A stretch of 63,936 nucleotides of DNA, counting the filler, from Basidiobolus ranarum (taxonomy: Eukaryota), in NCBI GenBank assembly GCA_040143965.1. It is 3 parts of 3 records of this genome, joined end to end, with 100 filler letters (N's around TTAATTAATTAA, not from the genome) between each part and the next. Parts side by side here need not be neighbours in the genome. Positions count along the whole stretch, not along the records: positions 44,854 to 63,936 come from JASJQH010007133.1; 2 more parts are not named here. One strand, written 5' to 3'. This document shows, in pieces, positions 54,104-63,936 of the stretch. The translations under genes were made by a program, and so were the position numbers. Numbering within the stretch: the stretch's first letter is position 1; each line of letters opens with the position of its first letter. The notes below the pieces were generated by a model. That model worked only from the letters and a program-made list of their open reading frames with translations. It ran no database searches and was not told where the DNA came from.

Positions 54104-56851
54104 ATGCAAAATACCAAGAACGAAAAATTCCTGATCCCGGAAGTATACACCGTGAATGATCCTATGATAGGAGTAGTTGATGGCTACTCTGTTCAACCTT
54201 TGTCATTTCAGGAGATCGCAGACCTTCGAAAGCAGTTTGGTAACAATACCATTGTGGCAAATAAACCTGTGCAATGGTATACCATAGTCTTCCACGCCAC
54301 TGTACACCCTTTCAACATCCTCTTGATGATCCTTGGTATTTTCTCGGGTGCCACTGGTTCCATTGATACAACCATTATTATGATAGTCATGATTGTGATC
54401 AGTGTTATTCTCCGAACCGTTCAAGAATTCAAGTCAGAAGTTGAAGCTCAAGGATTGAAAAAGATGGTCAGTAACAACTGCTCCGTATTACGAAAATATG
54501 CCTCGCCAGATACCCGCGATCCTTTCCCCGACGATGTATCTAGAGTGGAGCGTGGTGACATCGCTGAGTACGAGCTTCCATTTGAAGACATTGTACCTGG
54601 TGACTGGATTAAGTTACGCGCTGGTGACTTGATCCCGGCTGATCTACAACTAATTACATCCAAAGATTTGTTCATATCCCAGGCGTCATTGACTGGTGAG
54701 GCCATGCCGGTGGAGAAATCAGCCTCAGGAATGGTTATGGAGGCTACCAACTCCACTACATCTGACACTGGAGATGTTCAAATTTCATTGCAAGAGGAGT
54801 ATGGACTCAACCGACCGGATATGTGTTTCATGGGAACCAGCGTAGTGAGCGGCGCCGCAACTGGTGTGGTAAAAACCACTGGCTCTAACACAGTGTTCGG
54901 AGCCATGGCTAAGCAATTATCCGCAAAGCGTCCAATCAACGCCTTCCAGAAAGGTATTCGAAGAATCAGTTTCATGTTCATCGGTCTCATGATCGTGATG
55001 GTACCAATCGTGTTTGTTATTTCTGGTCTTACCAGTCACAACTGGTTGCAAGCAGCATTATTCGCCGCTTCGGTAGCTGTAGGATTGACACCAGAAATGT
55101 TACCAATGATCGTAAATGCTAATTTGGCCCGAGGTGCGTTGGCTCTAGCCAAGCAAAAGTGTATCGTCAAGAAACTTGATTCTATCATCAATTTAGGTGG
55201 AATTGATATTCTTTGCACTGATAAAACCGGTACCTTGACCGAAGATAAGGTATCTCTTGTAAGACATCTGAGCTTTGGAGGCGAATCATCCTTCTTACCT
55301 CTGGAACTGGCCTTCTTGAACTCACATTTCCAGACAGGATTGAAGAATCTGTTAGATGTTGCGGTAATGAACTTTTTTCACGAACATCACACCATCTCTT
55401 TGGACCAATATTTCAAAGTAGACGAGATTCCTTTTGACTTTGTCAGAAGAAAGATGTCAGTGGTGATTCGGGATCAATCCAAGATGGAGAATATTTTGGT
55501 TACGAAAGGGGCCGTGGATGAAATGCTAGCTTCCTGCTCTAAGATCTTTCTTGGGGACAAATCGGCTTTAGATTTCAATGGAACAAGCTTAGTCTTGCCT
55601 ACAGATGGAATTGTTGATTTGACTGAAGAGTACCGGGCTAAACTACAGAAGCTAAACAACGAATTGAATGAGGATGGTCTTCGTGTGATTGCTGTTGCCT
55701 ATCGTCACTTGGATAGTGACCACAAAGATCTTACGGTTGCACACGAATCGAATATGATATTTGCCGGGTACATTGCTTTCCTGGATCCACCGAAACAAAG
55801 CACAGCTCAAGCTGTTCGTGAACTTCGTGAGAATGGAGTTACTGTTAAGGTTTTGACCGGTGATGCAGCTGCTGTATGTCTGAAAGTTTGTAATGAAATC
55901 CAACTCCCTGTCAACTCCGTAGTTACCACCTCTGATCTCGTGGGCTTAGATGATGAAGAGTTCTCGGCCATTGTTGAAAAAGGTACGATCTTCGCTAAAC
56001 TCACTCCAACTCAAAAGGCTCAAGTTATCAGTGCGTTGAAAGCCAAAGGACACATTGTTGGATTTCTGGGAGATGGCATTAATGATGCGCCTGCCTTACG
56101 TGAAAGTGATTGCGGTGTATCAGTAGACACTGGTACTGATATTGCTAAGGAGTCAGCAGATATTATTTTACTAGAAAAGGATTTGATGGTGTTGGTACAC
56201 GGAGTCATTCGAGGACGTATCACCTATGGCAACACCATTAAGTACATCAAGATGGCAGTTTCTTCTAACTTTGGTAATGTCTTCAGTATGCTAATTGCAT
56301 CCAGTTGGCTTCCCTTCCTTCCAATGCTTCCAATCCAGATTTTGGTGCAGAATCTACTTTACGACATTTCCCAAATTGCCATTCCATGGGACAACATGGA
56401 CGCTGATTTCATTCATACTCCTCAAGCATGGTCTGCCAAAGGTATTCTTAAATTTATGGTGATTATTGGTCCGGTTTCATCGATCTTCGATGTCACCACC
56501 TTCACCTATTTCTGGTGCTACTTCAAAACCACCACACCTGAGAAGCAAGCACTTTTGCAAACCGGATGGTTTGTTGTTGGCTTATTAACGCAAACTCTGA
56601 TTGTTCACATGATTCGAACCCCACTTGTTCCATTTATTCAAAGCCGTGCTTCTAAGCAGATGTGTTTCTCCACATGTGTCATCATGTTGATTGGTTTGAT
56701 CATCCCGATGACACCACTAAAGAAGCCGCTTTCGATGGTTACTCTGCCAGCGATGTATTATCCATATCTGTTGGCTGCATTAATCTCTTACTGTGTATTG
56801 ACGCAAATTATCAAGGTTATTTACGTCCGTATCTTCAAAACATGGTTGTAA
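54104..56851 (+). CDS. mgtA: Mg2+-importing P-type ATPase, type IIIB (bacterial MgtA/MgtB-like)
   Basis: Intronless 915 aa. TGEA, AVGLTPEMLPMIV, DKTGTLT, HFQTGLKNLLD, DEIPFDFVRRKMSV, GDGINDAPAL, KYIKMAVSSNFGN, QNLLYDISQ and QTLIVHMIRT are MgtA-diagnostic motifs. Confidence 0.93.
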   Translation: MQNTKNEKFLIPEVYTVNDPMIGVVDGYSVQPLSFQEIADLRKQFGNNTIVANKPVQWYTIVFHATVHPFNILLMILGIFSGATGSIDTTIIMIVMIVISVILRTVQEFKSEVEAQGLKKMVSNNCSVLRKYASPDTRDPFPDDVSRVERGDIAEYELPFEDIVPGDWIKLRAGDLIPADLQLITSKDLFISQASLTGEAMPVEKSASGMVMEATNSTTSDTGDVQISLQEEYGLNRPDMCFMGTSVVSGAATGVVKTTGSNTVFGAMAKQLSAKRPINAFQKGIRRISFMFIGLMIVMVPIVFVISGLTSHNWLQAALFAASVAVGLTPEMLPMIVNANLARGALALAKQKCIVKKLDSIINLGGIDILCTDKTGTLTEDKVSLVRHLSFGGESSFLPLELAFLNSHFQTGLKNLLDVAVMNFFHEHHTISLDQYFKVDEIPFDFVRRKMSVVIRDQSKMENILVTKGAVDEMLASCSKIFLGDKSALDFNGTSLVLPTDGIVDLTEEYRAKLQKLNNELNEDGLRVIAVAYRHLDSDHKDLTVAHESNMIFAGYIAFLDPPKQSTAQAVRELRENGVTVKVLTGDAAAVCLKVCNEIQLPVNSVVTTSDLVGLDDEEFSAIVEKGTIFAKLTPTQKAQVISALKAKGHIVGFLGDGINDAPALRESDCGVSVDTGTDIAKESADIILLEKDLMVLVHGVIRGRITYGNTIKYIKMAVSSNFGNVFSMLIASSWLPFLPMLPIQILVQNLLYDISQIAIPWDNMDADFIHTPQAWSAKGILKFMVIIGPVSSIFDVTTFTYFWCYFKTTTPEKQALLQTGWFVVGLLTQTLIVHMIRTPLVPFIQSRASKQMCFSTCVIMLIGLIIPMTPLKKPLSMVTLPAMYYPYLLAALISYCVLTQIIKVIYVRIFKTWL

Positions 56852-56967
56852 TCTCTGTTATTTACTTGACTTTTTCTTTACCTCTAAATGATATGCGTTT
56901 ATTGAAACTTCTTATGAGACGTAATAAATATAATTTCAAGTATATTGGATAGTCTGTAGTTATCTAC

Positions 56968-58801
56968 TCAATGCTTTCTTTCAGGAAAAGCACGATCAGT
57001 AATGGGCCAGAGGGTAAATTCTTCAACGGTAACCTTTTTGCCCTTAGCCAAAGTTAGGAAAACCTCAGTGGAATCGGGAAGAGTAGGATATATACGTGTG
57101 GTTAAAGCAAGTCGATCATTAGCAAACACCTCGATAATTGAGTTGTCAACAAACACTCTTAATTCTAAACGTTCGAGTCCTTTACGGGTACGGAACAGAG
57201 GTATCTCTCCCCACTGGATGGTATTGGAATAGTTCGAGTTTAGAGAAGATTTACTGCGATCGATAGTTAAATTGGCGGTAACGGGGTTGTAAAGAATTTT
57301 GGTTTCTTCTCTACCATCTGCTGATCGCATGAGGGTGATACCTGCTTGGGCCTTTTGATCCTGGGCGAAGTTGAACACGGTGCTAATTTCGTAGCTTCGT
57401 TTACCGGAAGTGAGACGGTTACTCTTTACATGATGTCTATCTAACTTGTAGTTTTGAATTTTTACTTGAGCTTTATCGCGTAGATGAACCAGATCCTGAA
57501 TAGGTCTTACACCTAAAGTTTTAACTGTCTTGAGTTTGGATTTTCCAGAGGTAATGGTGAGACTACCAGCATATTTTTGGAGATTTTTGGAAGAGAGAAT
57601 CCCGGATTTTTCGTAAATAAATAGTTCTCTAGGTACAGTGAGCATACCCGCCCAACCTTGAGATTTACGAATTTCCTCATTATCAGCGTCATCTTCAGTA
57701 ACCCAACCCCAGATAACTCTTTGATCGGTGGTAGGATCGAAGAAGGAATTATCGGCATAATCGATTCCATTGTCAAGAATACCGCTCATCATAGGCTTGA
57801 ACTCGACGCCTTTACCTTTGTCGGTTGAGACTATATGACCGGCTACCCAAGCGGGCCAACGTATGGTATTATATGGACTTTTACCTTCAACTCCAATGAC
57901 GAGCACATGCCATTCAGTATTATTGGACTCATTCAAGACAAAATAATTGGCCATTTCCCAGTTGTGGCCATAGGTGAATTCCGAAGTTTTACTAAGAGGT
58001 TGATCTCCCTTTGCTTGGAAGAATGGAGTAGGGAACAATTCCCAATTGATCCAATCTTGAGATTTATAAAGCCATAACTTACCACCCTTGGTAGTGGCAT
58101 TAGTACCGCCACTTACGGACATATAAATATTTTCTTGACCATTACTAGGTAGCATAGAATCAAAATGAGAACTACGAAATAAGAAAGGATCCCGAAAGCC
58201 AGTTCGGGTGGTTTCTGGTGGTGATTTAATCACCACTCCTAACTTTTTCCAACTAGTTCCATTATCTTCGGTGTAAGCTAAGGCCTGTTGCTCAGATTCT
58301 AAGGAGTAATCGATCTTCCAAGAGATAGGAAGTTTGGATACGGCTGTATAACCAACGGTAGGTTTTCCTTTGTATCCCTTGGTGATACCACTCCCAGAGA
58401 AGATACCAAGATGGTCATAGGGTTGATCGGGTTTGAGGGCATTCTCTTCGTCTTTCCAGTGAAGAAGGTCAGAGGATGATGCATGTCCCCAAGTCATATT
58501 TCCCCAGATTGCATCGTACGGGTTATACTGATAAAAAAGATGATATCTGCCATCCGGAGTTTTCATAGGGGCACATGGGTCATTCATCCAGTTCTTGGGT
58601 GGTTGGAAATGGTAACTTGGCCTAAACGAACAAAAAAGATATATCAGTTCAGTAACTGTATAGTCATGGTATTTAGCATACTAGCTCAACCTACCTGTAC
58701 TTGGTAAAACCAAGGGAATCAGGCTGTTCGAAGTCGGATTCAGCTATTACTGAAGATACTGCTGCCACTAGAAGCAATAATTTGAAGGGTCGGGGAGACA
58801 T
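56968..58801 (-). CDS. Secreted GH32 beta-fructofuranosidase/invertase
   Basis: Signal peptide MSPRPFKLLLLVAAVSSVIA, intron about 58622-58694, then YR|PSYHFQPPKNWMNDPC, WGHA, FSGS, FRDP, NWEM and C-terminal VDNSIIEVF. Confidence 0.92.
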
Positions 58802-58946
58802 AGTAGCTGAGACGATATTTTGAATGCTAACCTGTTAAACACTAGGAGATCTTTTATAGGGATTTTGCAGTATGAAATAAATGTTTATTTCCACGAATGG
58901 ATGTCACTTCGTGGGGTTCACCATTTAAACTTAAGACATCGATCAT

Positions 58947-59015
58947 ATAAGATATTATAGTAATCTTCATATCAAAGTCAGATAAGATATTATAGTAATC
59001 TTCATATCAAAGTCA
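58947..59015. repeat. 35-bp tandem duplication with internal hairpin potential
   Basis: ataagatattatagtaatcttcatatcaaagtca occurs twice. Confidence 0.92.
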
Positions 59016-59281
59016 CTCGATGTTCACTGTAAACCAAGACTTAAAATAGAATAATGAAACCCAAGATAAATCGGTGACTGTACATATTATGATTTGTAAA
59101 TTCTTAGAAAATGACTCTAAACCACACCTCGCCACCACTGATAATATTTTCATTGGTAGACACTGTACGTCATAGTTATCCATCTTGTCATGGACAGTGG
59201 CATTCCACACGAAAGAGACACACTATGGCAAATGCAGTGGATGGGATGGTTATCTTTCCAAGCAGTTCATTCTATTTTACC

Positions 59282-59548
59282 GTTATTTGGGAGTGCATCA
59301 ATGCATGTGGAATTGGTCGTTTGAATAAGGTGACCAGTCCGTTCAACCTTACACCACTTGTATAAATGAGGAAAATCCTGCCTGTTTTTACCTAATTCAT
59401 AATTCATAATGACCTTCCGCGAATAATCCTTCACCAACTTTGGCCGCCCGAGTTACCCCGCTTATTATTTAATAAGTACGATGACCAGGTGGCTCACCAC
59501 TTAATTTTCGATATCATCCCAGGGTTCTGGAACTTGGTAAAAGATTAA
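59282..59548 (+). mobile_element. Possible decayed Tc1/IS630-type DDE transposase fragment
   Basis: One frame gives VIWECINACGIGRL (cf. VWGCI...GVG.L), WPPELPRL at 59441 (cf. WPPQSPDL) and FWNLVKD. Stops are present and the spacing is irregular. Confidence 0.35.
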
Positions 59549-60097
59549 GTTGGATCAGACCGTTAAGACATCCACCACAAAGCACCCAAAGTCTACACAC
59601 CTCTGACTGACATTGTTCACCTAGATATTTCATTATTCGAGACCAATTTAGATCTTGGATAAGCCTTATCTATACTAGTAATCCGCAACCAAATCAATCC
59701 ATTTCTGTAACCAAAACTTCTCCTCAACCAACAGATTTACTTCGATATATACAGTATACAATATATAGAGAATGGAGGGAGGGTTAAATAATAGTGACAG
59801 CTATAATGGTTCATGGAAGAGATAAATGAGTGAATGATGTAAAAGATCCATTGATAAAACCATACTTGAATGAGATTGGGATATTGGATCGGGGAGAGGA
59901 GAGGAGGGTAAAAAAGGGTAAAGAAGGGGAAGAAAAGAGAAGAGAAGGTGGCAAAATTGAAAATCTATGAACAAAAGGGAGAACGAAATTCGACTGAATT
60001 ATCAAGATAACATGTTCCGTAAACGACGCCTAATTTTTACCAAGTGTGATGTTGACAAGATTATAGATTTCTTTTCAGAAAAGATTCGAATCCGATT

Positions 60098-62243
60098 TTA
60101 CTGATCCCTGGACAGTAAAGAGGCTTTTCTGGTTCTTGGAGTTCCAGCTCTGGGCGCAGTGGGGGTGGTAGGAGAAGTGGGTGGATTTACCATATCACCA
60201 AATAGAGTAGCGACTGCTGGTTTCCTAATGGTCTTTCGATCGGTATTACCTAATAGACGTATGGGGGTAGTAGGTAGTGGTGGTGGAGGTGACGATAATT
60301 TACGGTATTTGGGTAATGTTGACGCACTACCCGACTTAAGACGAGTACGCGGAGTATGCGGACCAGTAGCCGTATTGCTGGTACTTATCAAAGTGGGGCG
60401 ATGAGAATACTCGATTGGATTCGGCATCTGTAGCGGAGTATGAACTGAATCACCAGAATCATTAGAAGATACAGAGCTACGACGCTCATCTATATTGCTA
60501 GTCCGTGAGACACTACGTGCAGTAGTACGTGGAACAGCAGATGTGGAACGACGCGGAGTCATTGTGGGACGTGATGGGGAAGTAGGTCGATTTATTGTTC
60601 CAGGTGTTCCACGAGTAGGAGTGCCAGAATAACTTACAGTACGTGCCTTAACAGGTGTACCATTACCAAAACCAAACACCGTCAGATTAACTGGGCGTTC
60701 GGCAATTTCTTGCTCTAGAACATCCATATAACGTTGGTCGTTATGTACAAACGGTTTGTTTTCTTCCAATTCATAGTTCAGAATGGCATTTATAAGCTTC
60801 TCTTCAAAGTTCAACAAATTTGGGTATGCGGTCTTGCGCCATTTCTCTTCTTGATTTAATTGGAATGAGCTACGGAACAAACGACGAGGATCAGAGGCGG
60901 TTTTCTCAAAGTCAATCATCTTCTGAATCAATTCTCGACGCTCCTTCATAGCAGAGAAAATTGGATGACATTTGTTGTAGAGATCTTCAAGTTGAATCAA
61001 TTCCTCTCGAATAATATCTGCACGCTCCTCTTTATCTACACCCTGCATAATACGCAGGGTAGCAAGGTTTTGTACTTCTTGACTAACCTCACATTTCTCC
61101 CAGAACTCCGTTAGTCTGACTTTGTAATCTTCGATGAGTTGATCCAAATTGACCATCAAAGTTTCTCTTAAACGTTCATGTTCCTTTTCGATTTCTTCCA
61201 AAGCTTGATCCTCGTAACCATCTTGGAAAGTTTTATGTTTGAAATGGGGAATCTCCAATTCCTTATACAACCTGGCGATCTTCTTTAGTAAGGACTCACG
61301 ACGTTCCTGTCGTTCGATTAAGATTCCATTGTAGCGAAGTTGCTTTTGTTTCATTGCCTCAACACATTCACCGGACAAGACAAGCGGTGTTCGGTGGGGC
61401 AAGTACCACTCCAATTTAATGGGATCCAAACCGACCGCTACGTTGGAATATTTCTCATCCAAACTAGTGAATCGATCCACCAGTGCTTGTTCAATTTCAT
61501 CAGATGGGGTGAACTTTATAGTTTGCCATACTTGATGTAAATCCGTAGCAGCACTATTAAACTCCATAATTCTTACTTCCTTCAGTTGTGTGATATCACG
61601 AGCAGAATATTTTACAAAGTCAACAGTACTTTGACTCAAATCATTTGGTTTCTAATTGATAAGGTAGTGAAGAGAAAATATATGTATGAATTAACATAAT
61701 TATAAGTAAGAATATTCTAATGAAAACTGAACTTACTGGATTGGGTAATTTATCCATTTCGAAGAGTTCTTTGGTTAATCTTCTAAGTGTGAGCATTGCT
61801 CTATCGAACACTTGTTTTTGTTGAGCAAGTTCATCATCCAGAGATTTACACAAAGTTTTAAGTTCCAAGTAAGTTCCATACAGAGATTTAGAGGAGACTG
61901 AAATATGTTGAGGTAGATACAAGTCAACGTTACGACCTAAAGAGTGACATTTTTCTTCAACAGCAGTCTATTGGAACAAAAAGTTGGTTGAGAAAGAAGT
62001 TCAATTTTAGTTAACAAGTGAAGAATTTTTTGTTACCTCCAAGTCTTCCACTTCTGCTTTTAGTATGGCTCGTTGTTTAACTTCATTGGATACTAACTTA
62101 TCAAGTTCAAGCAAAGCAGGCTGAAACTTTTCTTCTACCCATCTAGGGATGGAAGTATTGGGGTCGTTAGGTTTCGTTGCATAGTATCCAAGATCACCCC
62201 ATAAAGTGTGAAGATGGTGAATTCGAGAGTGAAATAACTCCAT
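60098..62243 (-). CDS. ASE1: Ase1/PRC1/MAP65 microtubule-bundling protein (multi-exon)
   Basis: LHTLWGDLG N-terminus, coiled coils, FEKTASDPRRLFRSSFQLNQEEKWRK, and a basic S/T/P-rich tail with many S/T-P sites. Confidence 0.85.
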
Positions 62244-62794
62244 CTTTCAACTCGAGTATATTGAGTACACTAGTAAGAGAATAGACCAATAAATCAGTCA
62301 GTGATGTTTTAGGTAGGTTACAAAATCCAATTGGTATAATGAAAGGAGCCAAATTTTTTTCGGGGAAAACCTCTAAAAACAAGTCAAGAAAGTGAAGCAA
62401 AAAGGAAAGTAGTGAAGCTATTAATGATTTGAAGAATACACCAAGGTAAACAGTAATATATTGATAGAAAGGATAAATGTGATAAAAATGACAAAAATAG
62501 ATTCGGCTAAAAAGTAAACAAAAGCAATGCAAAATAGGGAAATTCTCAATAACGATTCCCGAACTCTAATCGAAAAGAATTCATTGAAATAGGATATTTG
62601 TTTGTCCATCTATTATGGGGAAATCGTATTTTAAATATCGATTTCAATTAGCAAATAAGATTTTTAAAAAGCAGTTATTATTGACAAGCCATTCTACTCA
62701 AGTTTATTATTTCGACAAATGATGCAAACTAAGTGATCGAGGTAAATCACCATCTTCTAAATAAATCACTTGGAACCATTTCTCATCAATCCTC

Positions 62795-63295
62795 TTAATG
62801 CTTCTTCTTCAAGTGTTGGAGCATATTCAATATGCCATCGATTCCACCGAGTTTCGCCAAAATACCATTAAGGATTTTAACTCCGCCAGCTCTTTCAATC
62901 AAAGCGACGATTGGAGCCAGTTTATGATTCTTCTTCGCTGCCCGGAAAGCGGCTTCGAAATCGGGACCCTCAGGCTTGATAATAGCATCAACAATACCAG
63001 TTACATCTATCCCAGATTTGGTACTGAAAGTACCTAAAAAGCGATGAGCAACTTGGTTAGCAATAGACCCCTTGATTCCGCCACCAACTATTCTAGAGAT
63101 CAAATTTGGTTTGCCACCAAATCCAAAAAGTTCATCTGTCACAGCTGGGTCATAATTAAGTTCATTAAGGATGCTATCCATATTCATGACTTCCGTATCC
63201 TCTAGGGCTGATTGACGTGGCATAGCAGTTACTGATGGTGTAATCAACATCATGCTAGCAACAACGGCAATGGAGGCGGAGCTGATGAACTTCAT
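62795..63295 (-). CDS. Secreted protein of unknown function (signal + acidic pro-segment + Gly-rich cationic amphipathic region)
   Basis: MKFISSASIAVVASMMLITPSVTA signal. Intronless, about 166 aa; TATAAA about 20 nt upstream (63310-63315 on the minus strand). Confidence 0.7.
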   Translation of the reverse strand: MKFISSASIAVVASMMLITPSVTAMPRQSALEDTEVMNMDSILNELNYDPAVTDELFGFGGKPNLISRIVGGGIKGSIANQVAHRFLGTFSTKSGIDVTGIVDAIIKPEGPDFEAAFRAAKKNHKLAPIVALIERAGGVKILNGILAKLGGIDGILNMLQHLKKKH

Positions 63296-63749
63296 GGCGG
63301 AATACAAGGAGAGAGGAGATGAGAACGAGCAGTAGAAAGGGTAATGAACAAGACAGGGATATCAAGTGGTTTTATACTAGAGCTGAATCTACTCAGGGGT
63401 AAATATCATGAGACTTGTATGATCAATTGACGAGAAGTCACTACCTCCCGCTGCAGTAACAAGTGAAGGGGAACATAATACTTTGAAACATAACATGTAA
63501 CAGGTTGACTTGAGATACGGTTTCATCAATCCATTACACGTGGCAGAAACAACAACATATAGAGTAAAAATAGAATTTATTTCTTTTCCTTAATGTAAAT
63601 GTTATTGATGAAGTGTCCAAATAAATTATTGATGACGAGGATTGTGCTTACAATTTAGCACACTAACAATGTCCATTGTATTGAAAGAGTAATTGATTGA
63701 TAATAGTATGGAGATTAAGCTAAGCAATTGACCCAGATCGGATTACTAG

Positions 63750-63933
63750 CTAATACTCCTTGCGAGCGGCACGAGCAACAGCTACCAAGTTCTTGAGTGC
63801 GGCTTCAGTCTCGGCCCAACCACGGGTCTTCAATCCGCAATCAGGATTGACCCATACAAGTTCACTGGGAAGAAGCTTCACAATATCTCCAAGGCGGGAT
63901 TGCATCTCTTCAACAGATGGAACTCTGGGGGAA
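63750..63933 (-). CDS. MET6: Cobalamin-independent methionine synthase, last exon
   Basis: SPRVPSVEEM...WVNPDCGLKTRGWAETEAALKNLVAVAR...EY*; TAG 63750-63752. Confidence 0.95.
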
Positions 63934-63936
63934 CTA

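Noticed and set aside
54203-56223. Numerous antisense ORFs inside mgtA and other long genes
   Set aside because: Expected shadows of codon bias, with no independent motifs.

Overview
AT-rich (roughly 35-40% GC by eye), intron-rich eukaryotic DNA from an early-diverging fungus. The short GT-AG introns, Zn2Cys6, GATA, Crh and Ase1 genes, and orphan secreted and 7TM genes are most suggestive of a Basidiobolus-like zoopagomycete; this is an inference, not a verified assignment. The window holds three contigs joined by two artificial N44-TTAATTAATTAA-N44 linkers (22371-22470, 44754-44853). There are about 25 mostly ordinary genes: SAD1/USP39, RAD51, a TauD dioxygenase, DGAT1, a GATA factor, UTR2-like GH16, a CHZ-motif protein, a DDT/WHIM ISWI subunit, a RhoGEF, an ADH fragment, a 7TM protein, EndoU, LSM1, an ABC1 kinase, a subtilisin, a Zn2Cys6 factor, REX1BD, mitochondrial LysRS, a Mup1-like permease, stomatin, an MgtA-type Mg2+ ATPase, a GH32 enzyme, ASE1, a secreted protein and the 3' end of MET6. 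The best hidden signal, not recognisable from the ORF track, is a decayed Fanzor/TnpB-like RNA-guided nuclease at about 9.8-10.85 kb. All three RuvC catalytic positions are visibly disrupted, and candidate omega-RNA hairpins lie downstream. Other notable items are a putative intronic H/ACA snoRNA in LSM1, an intronless bacterial-type MgtA next to a ChrR-like FMN-reductase pseudogene, a broken Kex2-repeat secreted peptide precursor, nested inverted solo-LTRs, and sharply CpG-free blocks marking repeats. All family assignments come from motif recognition by eye; no database searches were run.
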